A DNA stretch of 64,000 nucleotides from a virus, in IMG/VR virus record IMGVR_UViG_3300027860_000007, positions 1-64,000 of that record. One strand, 5' to 3'. Every line of letters starts with the position of its first letter. The stretch's first letter is position 1. The translations under genes and the position numbers were made by a program. Of the stretch, positions 45,890 to 56,104 are shown one piece after another. The notes under the pieces were generated by a model, which saw only the letters and a list, made by a program, of their open reading frames with translations, did no database searches and was not told the origin of the DNA.

Positions 45890-47038
45890 CTATTTTTCAA
45901 GACTTGTGTTTAAAATTCTGTTAACTCTCACAAAAGTAGTTCTTTTGCTTAATTCTTTAAGATTTTTAGCTCCTACATAGCTTAAAGTTGATCTTAACCC
46001 ACCAAGATATTCTTTAAGTGTGTTTTCCACTGAACCTTTATAAGGTACTATAGTTTCTCTTCCTTCACTAGCACGATATTCTTTTATTTCACCATAATGC
46101 TTATTTTGTGCAGCATAACTGCTCATTCCGTAAAACCTTTTGCCTAAATATGCTTTTGCTTCCTCGTGACTATAAAGATTATCAACTTCTTCTTTTGTTA
46201 AGATTTCGCCTTTTATTGGACTGAATACCATATTTTCTTTTATAACTTTTAATTCTTCTTTCATAACAATAAATTCACCACCACTTTCATCATGACCAGA
46301 AAAAACGCCACCCATCATAACAAAATCTCCATTAGCACCAAATGCTTTTCCCAAATCACCAGGTTCTACAATTCCACCATCACTACATACTAAACCATCA
46401 AGACCATGTGCGTGATCTGCACAATCAATAAGGCAACTTAATTGAGGTACTCCAACTCCTGCTACTTTACGAGTAAGGCATCCGCTACCACCACCAATAC
46501 CAGCTTTTATAATAGAAGCACCTGCTAAAATAAGTTCTTCGGTCATTTCACCAGTGCAGACATTCCCAACCATTAAAACAATATTTGGATTTTCTTTTCT
46601 AAAAGTTTTAACAAAATCAACAAACTTTTCAAGATAAGCACTAGGAACATCAATACAAACAAAATTTATTTTTTTATTAATGCTACTTTTTACTTTTTCA
46701 TATTTTAATTTATCTTTTTTACTCATTCCTAGCGTATAAAAAACATAATTGCTTTCTTCTTCACTAATAGAATTAAAAAATTCAATAAGTTCTTCTTCAG
46801 AATAATGTTTATGTAATGCTGTGAAAATTTTATGCTTCTTTAGTGAGTGAAACATTTCAAAAGTTCCAGTGCTATCCATATTGGCAGCAATGATAGGAAT
46901 ACCAGTCCAAGTTATATCTGAATACTTAAATTTAAAAGTTCTTTCTAACTTTGCATCACTTCTCGAAGTTAGCAGACTTCTCTTTGGCATTATTAAAACA
47001 TCATTAAAATCTAACTTAACTTCATTAATAATTTGCAT
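45890..47038 (-). CDS. guaC: GMP reductase
   Basis: KLDFNDVLI.PKRS, IIAANMD, GIGGGSGCLTR, SDGG, FYGMSS, YRASEG; start at MQIINEVK after AAGGA. Confidence 0.93.
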   Translation of the reverse strand: MQIINEVKLDFNDVLIMPKRSLLTSRSDAKLERTFKFKYSDITWTGIPIIAANMDSTGTFEMFHSLKKHKIFTALHKHYSEEELIEFFNSISEEESNYVFYTLGMSKKDKLKYEKVKSSINKKINFVCIDVPSAYLEKFVDFVKTFRKENPNIVLMVGNVCTGEMTEELILAGASIIKAGIGGGSGCLTRKVAGVGVPQLSCLIDCADHAHGLDGLVCSDGGIVEPGDLGKAFGANGDFVMMGGVFSGHDESGGEFIVMKEELKVIKENMVFSPIKGEILTKEEVDNLYSHEEAKAYLGKRFYGMSSYAAQNKHYGEIKEYRASEGRETIVPYKGSVENTLKEYLGGLRSTLSYVGAKNLKELSKRTTFVRVNRILNTSLEK

Positions 47039-47105
47039 TTTTATTCCTTTTTTTCTGCAAGAAGTATTCATTATATAAATAAATATAACTAAATAGTTTC
47101 CAAAT

Positions 47106-47510
47106 TTATGAGTGATTTATGAATTTGGAAACTATTTTATTTGCTTCAATTACTGCTTGCATAATGGCTTGTGGTAAAGTAATTTCTGTTCCTTTACAAA
47201 ATCCACCATATGCAATAGCGATTTCACATATCCAAACTTTATCATTATCTCTAAGACCTGGAACTAAATGAACTAACATTGCATTTTTTGATTCAATCCA
47301 AGGTGTAGCAATCTCTAGAACACAATCTGTACAAAAACGATCAAAATGTTTTATCTCTCCTTGATAATCAGGAAGTATGTCAATATCTTCTCCTGTTCCA
47401 GTCCAAGCATTTTTATCATTAAACACTTCGTTTTCGCCTTCGTGTATAAAAGGATTTGCAAATCCAATTACTTTAGCGAATTCTAACGCTATATCGTTTT
47501 CTTTTGTCAT
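47106..47510 (-). CDS. Hypothetical early protein
   Basis: Upstream TTGACT-N17-TACTAT. Confidence 0.65.
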   Translation of the reverse strand: MTKENDIALEFAKVIGFANPFIHEGENEVFNDKNAWTGTGEDIDILPDYQGEIKHFDRFCTDCVLEIATPWIESKNAMLVHLVPGLRDNDKVWICEIAIAYGGFCKGTEITLPQAIMQAVIEANKIVSKFINHS

Positions 47511-47644
47511 TTGTTATTTCTTTCAATAATTACTACTATAAACATAGTAATATATAAAATTGTTATAGTCAATATTATCTATTTCTTTCAATAAACTTTT
47601 TTGCTTCATTAATTTTATCGCCTAACGTTATTAGCCAATCACCT

Positions 47645-48220
47645 TCATGCCCATTCAATGCGAAATTGTGCAAACTCTGGCGGTTGGTCATCTGAGCATT
47701 TACCATCTCCCTGAATCTCAATCGCTCTCCATGTTACCCTATTAGGCATGAGTAAAAGCACCTGCGAAGGTACTTTAACCTCTGATTTTTTCTGGCATAG
47801 ACGAAAACTGTCTATGATAAAATAATTGTGTGTAAAAATCACTTGCGGATATGATGAATCTTGGTGAGAATCAAACAAAAACTTACCAAATTGCGTAGCT
47901 CCTACAGGATGGTCTATATCTACATCACATTTTCCAATAAAGTTTTCAGATAATTCCCAAGTGTTCGTAGGATAGCAATCATTGAAATAATTAGCATGAT
48001 AACTACCGTAAGGATTACCTTCAATTTTATCGCCTTTATCAGTATGTACATATTGTACAAAGTTTATTTTTTTAAGTGGTGGGTGTTTCATACTCTCAAC
48101 TCCTTTACTTCCATACTTCCATAAAATGCGTGGGTTCGCCGTAGTTTTTATAATCCCAGTCTTGCCATAAATTATCATGGTTGAAATGAAATTTACAAAA
48201 CAATTATCTTTTTTAGACAT
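47645..48220 (-). CDS. Degenerate ABC/AAA_15 ATPase C-half with DUF3696-like tail
   Basis: DHPVGATQFG (D-loop-like), VIFTHNYFIIDSFRL (H-loop), IEIQGDG..PPEF; no Walker A. Confidence 0.45.
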   Translation of the reverse strand: MSKKDNCFVNFISTMIIYGKTGIIKTTANPRILWKYGSKGVESMKHPPLKKINFVQYVHTDKGDKIEGNPYGSYHANYFNDCYPTNTWELSENFIGKCDVDIDHPVGATQFGKFLFDSHQDSSYPQVIFTHNYFIIDSFRLCQKKSEVKVPSQVLLLMPNRVTWRAIEIQGDGKCSDDQPPEFAQFRIEWA

Positions 48221-48236
48221 AAAATTATTTAAACTA

Positions 48237-48497
48237 TTAACAATTAAATATTTTTATTTCTAATTTAACTACTTCAATATTTTCTGGTTTAATCAAATCA
48301 TTTATATGATAATGGTAAAATTCAGGATTAGAAATTAAATATTTTTTAAGGTTTTCAGCATATTCTCTTTTATTATAAACACAAAGAGTATGGTCATCAT
48401 TAGTACCTACCCAAACATCATATTCGCACACGTCTTCACTAAGCAATTTGCCATTAGATTTATCTATTAGATCATATCTGGTAATTGTTTCTGTCAT
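48237..48497 (-). CDS. Hypothetical protein
   Basis: AAGGA RBS. Confidence 0.65.
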   Translation of the reverse strand: MTETITRYDLIDKSNGKLLSEDVCEYDVWVGTNDDHTLCVYNKREYAENLKKYLISNPEFYHYHINDLIKPENIEVVKLEIKIFNC

Positions 48498-48533
48498 AAA
48501 ATAATCCTTTTAATTAAAATATCGCAAAACGAT

Positions 48534-49019
48534 TTAGATGTCAAGTCTGTTTATGTATTGTTGGATACTAAATTGTAAATCTAGTAAAGATTTATAGGGT
48601 CCTAAAAAGTTATTGTCTTGTAGTTTTTTAGTAGTAGGACATTGAGCTTTTGTTATAATTTCTGGAAATATTATACCAAACCATCCAGCAGCATACCTAA
48701 GATTGCCTTTTTCTTTTATTTTATAAGAAGATACTTCAATATTTTTTATAGTTTCTTTACTAATTTCAAATAATTCTTTATGTTCTGGAGCAATTTCAAA
48801 ACCATTTAATTCCTTAATAATTTCTTTTTTCTTGATTTCTTGTTGTTCTTCTATTTCATGTTCAAGATATTTTGCTATATTTGCAATATTAGCAAAGCCA
48901 TCATTATTTCCCATCAGAAAAAATTTACCTTCTTTATAAGAAACAACTCCTAATGTTTTTTCTGTTTTTACTTCTTTCAATATCCAACTGGTAGGTGTTA
49001 ATTCTTTTATATAAAGCAT
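48534..49019 (-). CDS. Conserved jumbo-phage hypothetical protein
   Basis: YAAGWF..CP...L....F.GPYK; coupled to rnh. Confidence 0.7.
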   Translation of the reverse strand: MLYIKELTPTSWILKEVKTEKTLGVVSYKEGKFFLMGNNDGFANIANIAKYLEHEIEEQQEIKKKEIIKELNGFEIAPEHKELFEISKETIKNIEVSSYKIKEKGNLRYAAGWFGIIFPEIITKAQCPTTKKLQDNNFLGPYKSLLDLQFSIQQYINRLDI

Positions 49020-49020
49020 A

Positions 49021-50025
49021 TTATATCTCTATTTTTAATTTAGAAGAAAACATAGGAGCAATGACCTCGCACTGTTTAGATAAATTTTCTAATTCATTTT
49101 TTCCGCAAAACTTTAAAAATTCTATACCAATAAGTTTTCGTTCTTTATTTTCTGCTAGTGCTTCGTCAATAACTCTATTAAGTTCTTCCTTAATCTCTGG
49201 TGGTTGTAACGCCAAATCAATTAAAACTTTATTACGTTTATATAAATCTTCTACTATATGTTTTTCACCAAAAGGATCTTCCCAAGTATTTTTCATAAAA
49301 CTTGTCCACGCAATACCTTGTTTGTGTCTATCTTCAAAGGCTTCTACTATGCCATATGCGTTTTTGCTACTTTTTGTTCTTACACCTGGGTTAGCACTTG
49401 GTACATTATCGCTTACATCGCCCCTAATACATTTTTCAAATAATAGATATTCTGGGTCTATAGCTTTTAAGTTTTCCCCCTTTTTATCCTTCAAAGGAGA
49501 CATTTTGCCATCAAAAATTCCATCTGCTGTATAAATTTTATTATTAACACCATCAAAAATTTGTACATTTGGATTAGTCATTAATTGAGCATAATCACTA
49601 TCTGTACTAATGATAATAAATTTGTTATCAGGATTATTCCCAAATCTCTGAATCCATGCAGCAATACAATCATCTGCTTCTGTTATAGAACTTCTTAATA
49701 CTGTACAATTAGTTTTTTCTTTAAGGAAACTCATAAAAGAATTCATAGTCTCAAAAAAAACTTCATCATCTTCTATATCAGCTTGAGTTCGTTTTAGTTT
49801 AGTAACTGCTCTATTAGCTTTATAATCTTTAAAAAATTTCTTTCTCCAGCTTTGTCCTTCTGTTGCAAACACTATATGATCTGCATTAAATCTACTCCAT
49901 GCACTTTTAATAGAACCAATAGTAATTGCTAAAGCTAATCCTGCCTTAGTGTGACTATCACCTCTTGTTACATGTTTTGCTCGCATCATCACATTTAATG
50001 TGTCTATAAGTAAATATGTTGTCAA
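49021..50025 (-). CDS. rnh: 5'-3' exonuclease / T4 RNase H
   Basis: LLIDT.N, WRK..YKANR, EADD, STDSD, GDVSDNV. Confidence 0.92.
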   Translation of the reverse strand: MTTYLLIDTLNVMMRAKHVTRGDSHTKAGLALAITIGSIKSAWSRFNADHIVFATEGQSWRKKFFKDYKANRAVTKLKRTQADIEDDEVFFETMNSFMSFLKEKTNCTVLRSSITEADDCIAAWIQRFGNNPDNKFIIISTDSDYAQLMTNPNVQIFDGVNNKIYTADGIFDGKMSPLKDKKGENLKAIDPEYLLFEKCIRGDVSDNVPSANPGVRTKSSKNAYGIVEAFEDRHKQGIAWTSFMKNTWEDPFGEKHIVEDLYKRNKVLIDLALQPPEIKEELNRVIDEALAENKERKLIGIEFLKFCGKNELENLSKQCEVIAPMFSSKLKIEI

Positions 50026-50035
50026 TTTATATTCC

Positions 50036-51100
50036 TTAAATTTGTGAATTGCAAAAATTAGCTAAGTATTTGAATTGGCATCTATCTAACGCTAATTGTT
50101 CTAGCGTGGATGTTAATTGCTTTAATGAACCATTATTATAGCATTTTATCTGTACTCTGTTTCCATAATTATCAATAAAGCAATGAACTATTAACGCTAA
50201 GTCATTCTCTTTCTCAAAAATATAATAGCTATTACTATCTGAAATTTTGCAATAAAAATCTGGGTTTAGATTTTTAATATAACTAGAACGATCATCATAT
50301 ATATGTTTAGCTATTTCATTTGTCAAAACATGGTCAAAGCCATAGAGATAGCCTTTGCTACCAGTTTTAGTTAAACCATGTTTCCATTCGTTATTTAAAT
50401 CTTCAAGAGCTGTTTGAATAGTTTCCCATATAGAATGATCAGCTACTGTTCTATTTTCTTCATGAATTAAGTAACTAGCTATTTTATTAAAATCTTTTAT
50501 AGATTCTGCTAATTTTTCTAATAAATTTTTAGATAAAAAATCAAAAGATACACCATCATGTGTCATAACTATTGATATTGATTCTTTTTTTATTAAAATT
50601 CCATCTTTATTCGCATTAACTGTTAAAAAATAAGTTTCAGAAAGGCTAGTAAAAATATATAATGAAGATGCAAGATAATCTTCATCATCATATTTTAAAT
50701 GATATATGGGATTCCTATCCATTAATATATTATGAATGTTTTTGTAACTTTTTTCAAAAGTTTCATCTTTTGGAATAAACCAACCTAATCTATTTGCTTT
50801 ATCTTTATATATTTGAGGTTCGCATAAAGAAAATTTACTAGCATATAAAAGTAAATCTTGCCAAACATCACAAAGATTCAATCTGTCTTTAACTGTTGAT
50901 TGATTAAGGAAATGCAATATAATTTCTTTTGGTTCTTTAACATAGTTATTTTTCAATAACTTTTCAATGGAAGTATTTTTTTCTTCACAATAAGATATTA
51001 GGTTATTGAAATCATCTATAGATAAATCAATAGCTAGCAACATTCTTTTATTGTTAATATTAACTTTGACATTTTCACCTAATATAGCTTTATTAATCAT
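50036..51100 (-). CDS. Hypothetical protein
   Basis: ORF track; ATG (MINKAIL) overlapping the upstream gene end preferred. Confidence 0.65.
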   Translation of the reverse strand: MINKAILGENVKVNINNKRMLLAIDLSIDDFNNLISYCEEKNTSIEKLLKNNYVKEPKEIILHFLNQSTVKDRLNLCDVWQDLLLYASKFSLCEPQIYKDKANRLGWFIPKDETFEKSYKNIHNILMDRNPIYHLKYDDEDYLASSLYIFTSLSETYFLTVNANKDGILIKKESISIVMTHDGVSFDFLSKNLLEKLAESIKDFNKIASYLIHEENRTVADHSIWETIQTALEDLNNEWKHGLTKTGSKGYLYGFDHVLTNEIAKHIYDDRSSYIKNLNPDFYCKISDSNSYYIFEKENDLALIVHCFIDNYGNRVQIKCYNNGSLKQLTSTLEQLALDRCQFKYLANFCNSQI

Positions 51101-51461
51101 TGTATGGTTCCATTTCACCAACTGTTTGATAATAGCCAGTAGTATGGATTGCATCTTTATCTATTTTAAAAGAATCTTTTTCAATAGCAGCAGAAACCGC
51201 ATCATTAAAAAATTTATTAAGTGTGACGTCTTTTTGTTCAGCAAGCAACCCACAACGGATTACTTCATCATCAGTAAAATCTAGTTCCATATTAACAGTA
51301 CCATCTGGATTGACAGTATCTCCCCTATCATCTTTAGGTAAATTTTCAAGAATTACACTATAAGTCTGCGTTAGTACTTCTAAAAATTCTGAAACTTTTT
51401 TATTATTTTGATGTGCCAAACTAATAATAGTATATAAAATATTATTTTTAATGTCTTCCAT
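51093..51461 (-). CDS. Hypothetical protein with ribbon-helix-helix-like segment
   Basis: MELDFTDDEVIRCGLLAEQKDVTLNKFF. Confidence 0.55.
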   Translation of the reverse strand: MEDIKNNILYTIISLAHQNNKKVSEFLEVLTQTYSVILENLPKDDRGDTVNPDGTVNMELDFTDDEVIRCGLLAEQKDVTLNKFFNDAVSAAIEKDSFKIDKDAIHTTGYYQTVGEMEPYND

Positions 51462-51472
51462 AACAGTTTCCT

Positions 51473-51685
51473 TTAAATTTCTTGTCCATTGCTAACAAAT
51501 TCGATTTCATGAAACTTTCCATAATATCTTTTATTAACATCTTTACGAGTGAGCAACACAATTATTTGTGTGCCATTTAATACAATTTTTAAGAATTTAT
51601 TAGTTTTACTTAAAACTTTAACTATCTGTTCTTTACCAGATTTTACATCTATTATTTTAGTTTTAGTCATAATAAATCCTTTCAT
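51473..51685 (-). CDS. Hypothetical early protein
   Basis: Upstream TTGACA-N17-TACTAT. Confidence 0.6.
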   Translation of the reverse strand: MKGFIMTKTKIIDVKSGKEQIVKVLSKTNKFLKIVLNGTQIIVLLTRKDVNKRYYGKFHEIEFVSNGQEI

Positions 51686-51717
51686 TTAACTTATAGTAAC
51701 GCTAATTAAATATATTG

Positions 51718-51936
51718 TCAAGTTCTTTTCAGCAATTCTGGATATTTTTCTTGTAATTTTTTTCTTGCATTTCTTAAAGTATAGATTGCATCAATCAATT
51801 TTCTACGCAATCTATCTTCTGAATCATTTGAGGCTACATAAAAATTAGTAATCTCTTGGGTGCTAGATGCTACATATTGTTTTTCTAAATAAGAACTTTT
51901 TGCTATTTTATTAATAGGAAACCCCATAAACATCAT
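51718..51936 (-). CDS. Hypothetical protein
   Basis: Coupled ORF. Confidence 0.55.
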   Translation of the reverse strand: MMFMGFPINKIAKSSYLEKQYVASSTQEITNFYVASNDSEDRLRRKLIDAIYTLRNARKKLQEKYPELLKRT

Positions 51937-52177
51937 TCAAACCTCTAAATAATCTATATTTTTCATTGTTATATGTTAATTCTATACCTTGCATAAGTTT
52001 ATAATGTAAGATATTGCCAGCTTTAACCTCTGTTTGTTTTGGTCCAACCTTTAAAACCGTTGCTTTTTTTATTTTAGGTCTGCTCCAAGAGTGGATTAAA
52101 ATATTGCCAACCGCTTCATTTTCTATATCTTTAGTTAAAATATAATCATATGTAACTTCTAAATCATTCATTTTCAT
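51911..52177 (-). CDS. Second, divergent GroES-like co-chaperonin
   Basis: YDYILT, VGNILI, ATVLKVGP, EVKAGN, GIELTYNNEKYRL. Confidence 0.65.
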   Translation of the reverse strand: MKMNDLEVTYDYILTKDIENEAVGNILIHSWSRPKIKKATVLKVGPKQTEVKAGNILHYKLMQGIELTYNNEKYRLFRGLNDVYGVSY

Positions 52178-52634
52178 CTCGTATTTCTATCATTATTATA
52201 GAGAAAATTTTAATAAGATCATCATTTTTAATAATATTTTCTAAATTTTCAAACAATTTATCTTCTAATAAACTATTTTTTTCATAATCTGAATTTTTGG
52301 TTGTGATATTTACTACTAATTGCTGACTAGAATATTCTAGATCATTATATAATTGATAAGAAATTTTAGAATCAATAAAAAGTTTATAAATTTCTTTTTC
52401 TATAATAGGCAAATTAGCTTTTAAAATTTTATGTTTATTGATAAATGCTTCTGAAGAAAAAGAAGGAACTATATATTCTGCGAATTCTCCATGAATCATA
52501 ATGAGAGGATATTTGTTTTCTGTATCAAATGAATAAGCAAAATTAGCATATTCCCTATTATGGAAATTTTTTAGCGTCAATCCATTCATTGTGCTTTCGA
52601 CATATTCCCAATATTCTTTATCACTATTCAGCAT
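52164..52634 (-). CDS. Hypothetical protein
   Basis: Coupled ORF. Confidence 0.6.
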   Translation of the reverse strand: MLNSDKEYWEYVESTMNGLTLKNFHNREYANFAYSFDTENKYPLIMIHGEFAEYIVPSFSSEAFINKHKILKANLPIIEKEIYKLFIDSKISYQLYNDLEYSSQQLVVNITTKNSDYEKNSLLEDKLFENLENIIKNDDLIKIFSIIMIEIRDENE

Positions 52635-53217
52635 TATCTAAATCTCTTTCCATTTTTTTAAATGTTTCGCTTAGATCAATATTGTTTTGGATACCTTGTT
52701 CGTTAGCCACCGCTGCACATACCATAGTGAACCAAGAATCAATAATCATATAATCATTGACACCTGTATATCCTTGAGATTTTAAGTCTTCTACAAACTT
52801 ATCGTTCCAGTCCAGTTCTAATTCACCAAGTTTGCTGTTATCAGCAGGATCTACAGAAATCTTTATTACGGATACCCAAGGTTCATCTTTAGCAGTTGCT
52901 AATTGTTTATCATATTCTAATTTAGTAATCTTATGATGTTTATATTGAATTTCTAGCAAATTCAACTTTAATTCTTTTTCGCTAGACTTTAATATTTCTG
53001 CTACTTTACAATCGTGTTCATATTGGGAAATAGTTTTATTAGCTAAGTCATGTTCAATTTTTACTAAACTAACTTGTGTAGAGTTTTCGCCATGCTCTAT
53101 TTCAGTAAGTTTTAATTTTAATTCAAGACCAGATAATTCATATTCAGCTTTCGCTTTTTCATATGACTTACCTACTAATCCCCAAGATGCAGGAAGAAAT
53201 CTAAATGGTATTTTCAT
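52624..53217 (-). CDS. Conserved jumbo-phage hypothetical protein
   Basis: ATAKDEPWV..ELDWNDKFV..GY.G..IIDSWF. Confidence 0.75.
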   Translation of the reverse strand: MKIPFRFLPASWGLVGKSYEKAKAEYELSGLELKLKLTEIEHGENSTQVSLVKIEHDLANKTISQYEHDCKVAEILKSSEKELKLNLLEIQYKHHKITKLEYDKQLATAKDEPWVSVIKISVDPADNSKLGELELDWNDKFVEDLKSQGYTGVNDYMIIDSWFTMVCAAVANEQGIQNNIDLSETFKKMERDLDNAE

Positions 53218-53325
53218 AGTTCATCTTTGTAATTATTGATTAGACTTATTGTAAATCATTTGTAAAACAATTTCAAATTAAAAATGCAAATTTTAGAATA
53301 ATAAATAATTAAGTAATATTAATTT

Positions 53326-54060
53326 TTGGTAATGATAATGAAATTTAAATTTTTGGCTATTTTAATCTTAATGTTTTCTTTTAATGCAACCGCTGACAAT
53401 CTTATCCATGTTAATTCTGAAAAAGAAGCAAAAAAAGAAATTCCAAAATTTAATAGCCTTAAAAACTTAGATGAACTTACCGTAGATAGAAATACAAATA
53501 CTTTTTACTTACATGAAATCACATTAGCAGGTTTTTCTGCCTTTGAAGCAGAAAGTAATTTTATGGCATTAAAAGGCATAAAAGAGATTACTATTGTTTT
53601 GCATAGTCCTGGTGGGGATGTTGATGTTGCAATGTTTATTAGAGAACAAATACGAGTTCTAAAAGAAAACGGAGTTACGGTTAATACTTTAGTAAAAAGT
53701 CATGATATTTGTGCAAGTGCATGTCCTTTGGTATTTTTAGCAGGAGAGACACATATAGCTTCTAGTGATTCTGTTTTTATGTTTCATAGTCCATATTATG
53801 AATCTGAATCAAGTAATTCTATTATAATATCTACCGTACTTGAAAGACAATTAAGACGTTCTCGAGAAACTTATATTAACCTAGTAGTTAAACCAAATTG
53901 CCCTAAAGACCCAAATTTTGCATTAGATATATTAGATCACGAAGAACATTTTTACACTGCTGACGAATTAGTGAAAAAATGTGGTAATAACTTTTTTACA
54001 AGCGTTACTCCAATAGAATTTACAGAATTGCCTGATTTGTTGCATTGGGTGCTTCACTGA
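53326..54060 (+). CDS. Exported ClpP/crotonase-like serine peptidase
   Basis: Signal peptide (ATA|D); LHSPGGDV, CASAC, FMFHSP; AATAAATA at 53300. Confidence 0.75.
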   Translation: MVMIMKFKFLAILILMFSFNATADNLIHVNSEKEAKKEIPKFNSLKNLDELTVDRNTNTFYLHEITLAGFSAFEAESNFMALKGIKEITIVLHSPGGDVDVAMFIREQIRVLKENGVTVNTLVKSHDICASACPLVFLAGETHIASSDSVFMFHSPYYESESSNSIIISTVLERQLRRSRETYINLVVKPNCPKDPNFALDILDHEEHFYTADELVKKCGNNFFTSVTPIEFTELPDLLHWVLH

Positions 54061-54070
54061 GGTAGTTCTA

Positions 54071-54280
54071 TTATAGAAACTCTCTAATAACTGAAAAAAT
54101 TACTATAATCGTTGCTACTACACAGTTTGAAATGGTAATATATGCTAAATATTTTTTTATGCGAACTGTAATTTTATTTAAGAATATATCTACTAACATT
54201 ATAAACATAATTATAACATTGGTGATCATTAAAATTGCAAAAAGGTTAGGATATAGTAGATTTTCCATTATTTTACCCAA
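54071..54280 (-). CDS. Small membrane protein
   Basis: Two hydrophobic segments. Confidence 0.55.
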   Translation of the reverse strand: MGKIMENLLYPNLFAILMITNVIIMFIMLVDIFLNKITVRIKKYLAYITISNCVVATIIVIFSVIREFL

Positions 54281-54773
54281 AATGTTTTATAAAAGTTTCT
54301 TCTAATTTTTTGACATTGCTAATATTTTCAAAATATAAAAAACTAAAAGTCATACAAATGCTTGCATCAGAAATTAATTTATCTTTTGTCGTGACTGCCA
54401 AAGATAACATACTCATGGCATTTTCTATATAAGTTTTACTAGCGTTATCTACATTTTTTAATTTTTCAATTTCCACTTTACCTTCTAAATAAGTTCTTAA
54501 TAGATTAAGTTTAGGCATAAACTTTTCATAGTTATTAGGATTACTTTCTAATATTGTTTCTAAGCAATCCAAAATAAAGTTTAGCTTCTTTATTTTATAT
54601 GAATCATCTAAAAGATGCAAACATTTTATCGCATTGAGAATTCCAGACTTTTCACAAATATAAGATAAATCTAAAGTTTCTTGCTTTGGTTTTAAATATT
54701 CATTCCAAATTTGATTAGTTATTTTATCATTTTTTATTTTATCTATTGCTATAGTTGTCATAAATTTACCCAA
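54273..54773 (-). CDS. Hypothetical protein
   Basis: ORF track; TTGACA-N17-TATAGT at 54899-54927. Confidence 0.6.
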   Translation of the reverse strand: MGKFMTTIAIDKIKNDKITNQIWNEYLKPKQETLDLSYICEKSGILNAIKCLHLLDDSYKIKKLNFILDCLETILESNPNNYEKFMPKLNLLRTYLEGKVEIEKLKNVDNASKTYIENAMSMLSLAVTTKDKLISDASICMTFSFLYFENISNVKKLEETFIKHFG

Positions 54774-54923
54774 ATTATTTAGTTACCTTGATAATGTAAA
54801 ACAATAAGGATAAAACCATTGTACTAATAGTCGCTAGAATAATAGATATGATTATTAGCGATAAAAACATATAGATTTTTTCCTAAAATATAATGATTAC
54901 TATAACACAAACAAAGTTTATTG

Positions 54924-55133
54924 TCAATTATAGCTTCTATGAAATAAACTAATTAAAAAAATTATTAAAATCATTAGGGAAAAAATAAAAAACGGATAAA
55001 CCATATTAAAAAGTTTTATATATTCTTTATTACCTATTTCTTCGCTATTTTTAGCTAATATAATTGATCCTATCAAAATAATAATACATGAAAAATTAAC
55101 AATAGCACTTAATAAAAATAGCACAAAAATCAT
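54924..55133 (-). CDS. Small membrane protein
   Basis: Two hydrophobic segments, ATGA-coupled. Confidence 0.55.
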   Translation of the reverse strand: MIFVLFLLSAIVNFSCIIILIGSIILAKNSEEIGNKEYIKLFNMVYPFFIFSLMILIIFLISLFHRSYN

Positions 55134-56104
55134 AAAGATTCCATAAAAAATTGATTTTTAATTTCTTTAGCTATAGCACTAACCATAGTAATGCAAACTG
55201 AGTTGCCTACTTGATGATATGCTTTACTTTTAGTTTTATTGATTATAAAATTATCTCCAAACCCCATAATTCTATAACATTCTCTTAAGGTTAGTTTTCT
55301 TAATTTATTTTTATTAGGCAAATATATAAAGAATCTACCAGAAATTTCTTGAGAAGTCAATGTTGGATGTAATCCCATAGTTGAATATATTCTATTAGTT
55401 TGTCTATGAACACTTGAATTTTTAAGTTTTTCAAGCGTTATATCTTTTTTCCAGCTATTTTTATTTCTATAACCAGCAAATAGTAATCCTGATTTCTGCA
55501 TTACTAAATTTTCAATTAAACTATATTCACTTTCTTGCAAATATTCAAAATCTCCATTAACATCTAAGAAATCATTTAAAATTACCTTTTTGGAATAGGT
55601 TAGCTTTGAAAATTCAAAAGATTTTTCTTTTGATGCAATACGTTCTCTGTTCTGAGGTAAGCCAAAATCAGAACCATTTAAAATTTTATGTTCAACATAA
55701 TAGCCTAAACTTTTTAATGTTTCAACAATAACTTTTAAAGTGTTTCCTTTATCGTGATAAATTATATTTTTTACGTTCTCTAAAAATATTACTTTTGGGT
55801 TAGTATCTTTTATTATTCTACATATTTCAAAAAATAAAGTGCCTCTTGTGTCATTAAATCCTGCTTGTTTACCACAAATGCTAAAAGGTTGGCAAGGAAA
55901 GCCAGCACATAAAATATCATATGTAGGAATAGTTTTAGAATCTATGTTAGTAATATCTCCTAGAGGAATCTCATTAAAATTGTCAAAATATGTCTTTTGG
56001 CATGATTTATCTATTTCAGAAGACATAACGCAGTCAAAGCCTTGGTTTTCAAATCCAGTTCTTATTCCACCAATTCCAGCAAATAAATCAATAAACTTAA
56101 TCAT
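55130..56104 (-). CDS. dcm: C5-cytosine DNA methyltransferase
   Basis: DLFAGIGG, AGFPCQPFS, LENV, PQNRER, RKLTLREC, GNSV. Confidence 0.95.
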   Translation of the reverse strand: MIKFIDLFAGIGGIRTGFENQGFDCVMSSEIDKSCQKTYFDNFNEIPLGDITNIDSKTIPTYDILCAGFPCQPFSICGKQAGFNDTRGTLFFEICRIIKDTNPKVIFLENVKNIIYHDKGNTLKVIVETLKSLGYYVEHKILNGSDFGLPQNRERIASKEKSFEFSKLTYSKKVILNDFLDVNGDFEYLQESEYSLIENLVMQKSGLLFAGYRNKNSWKKDITLEKLKNSSVHRQTNRIYSTMGLHPTLTSQEISGRFFIYLPNKNKLRKLTLRECYRIMGFGDNFIINKTKSKAYHQVGNSVCITMVSAIAKEIKNQFFMESL

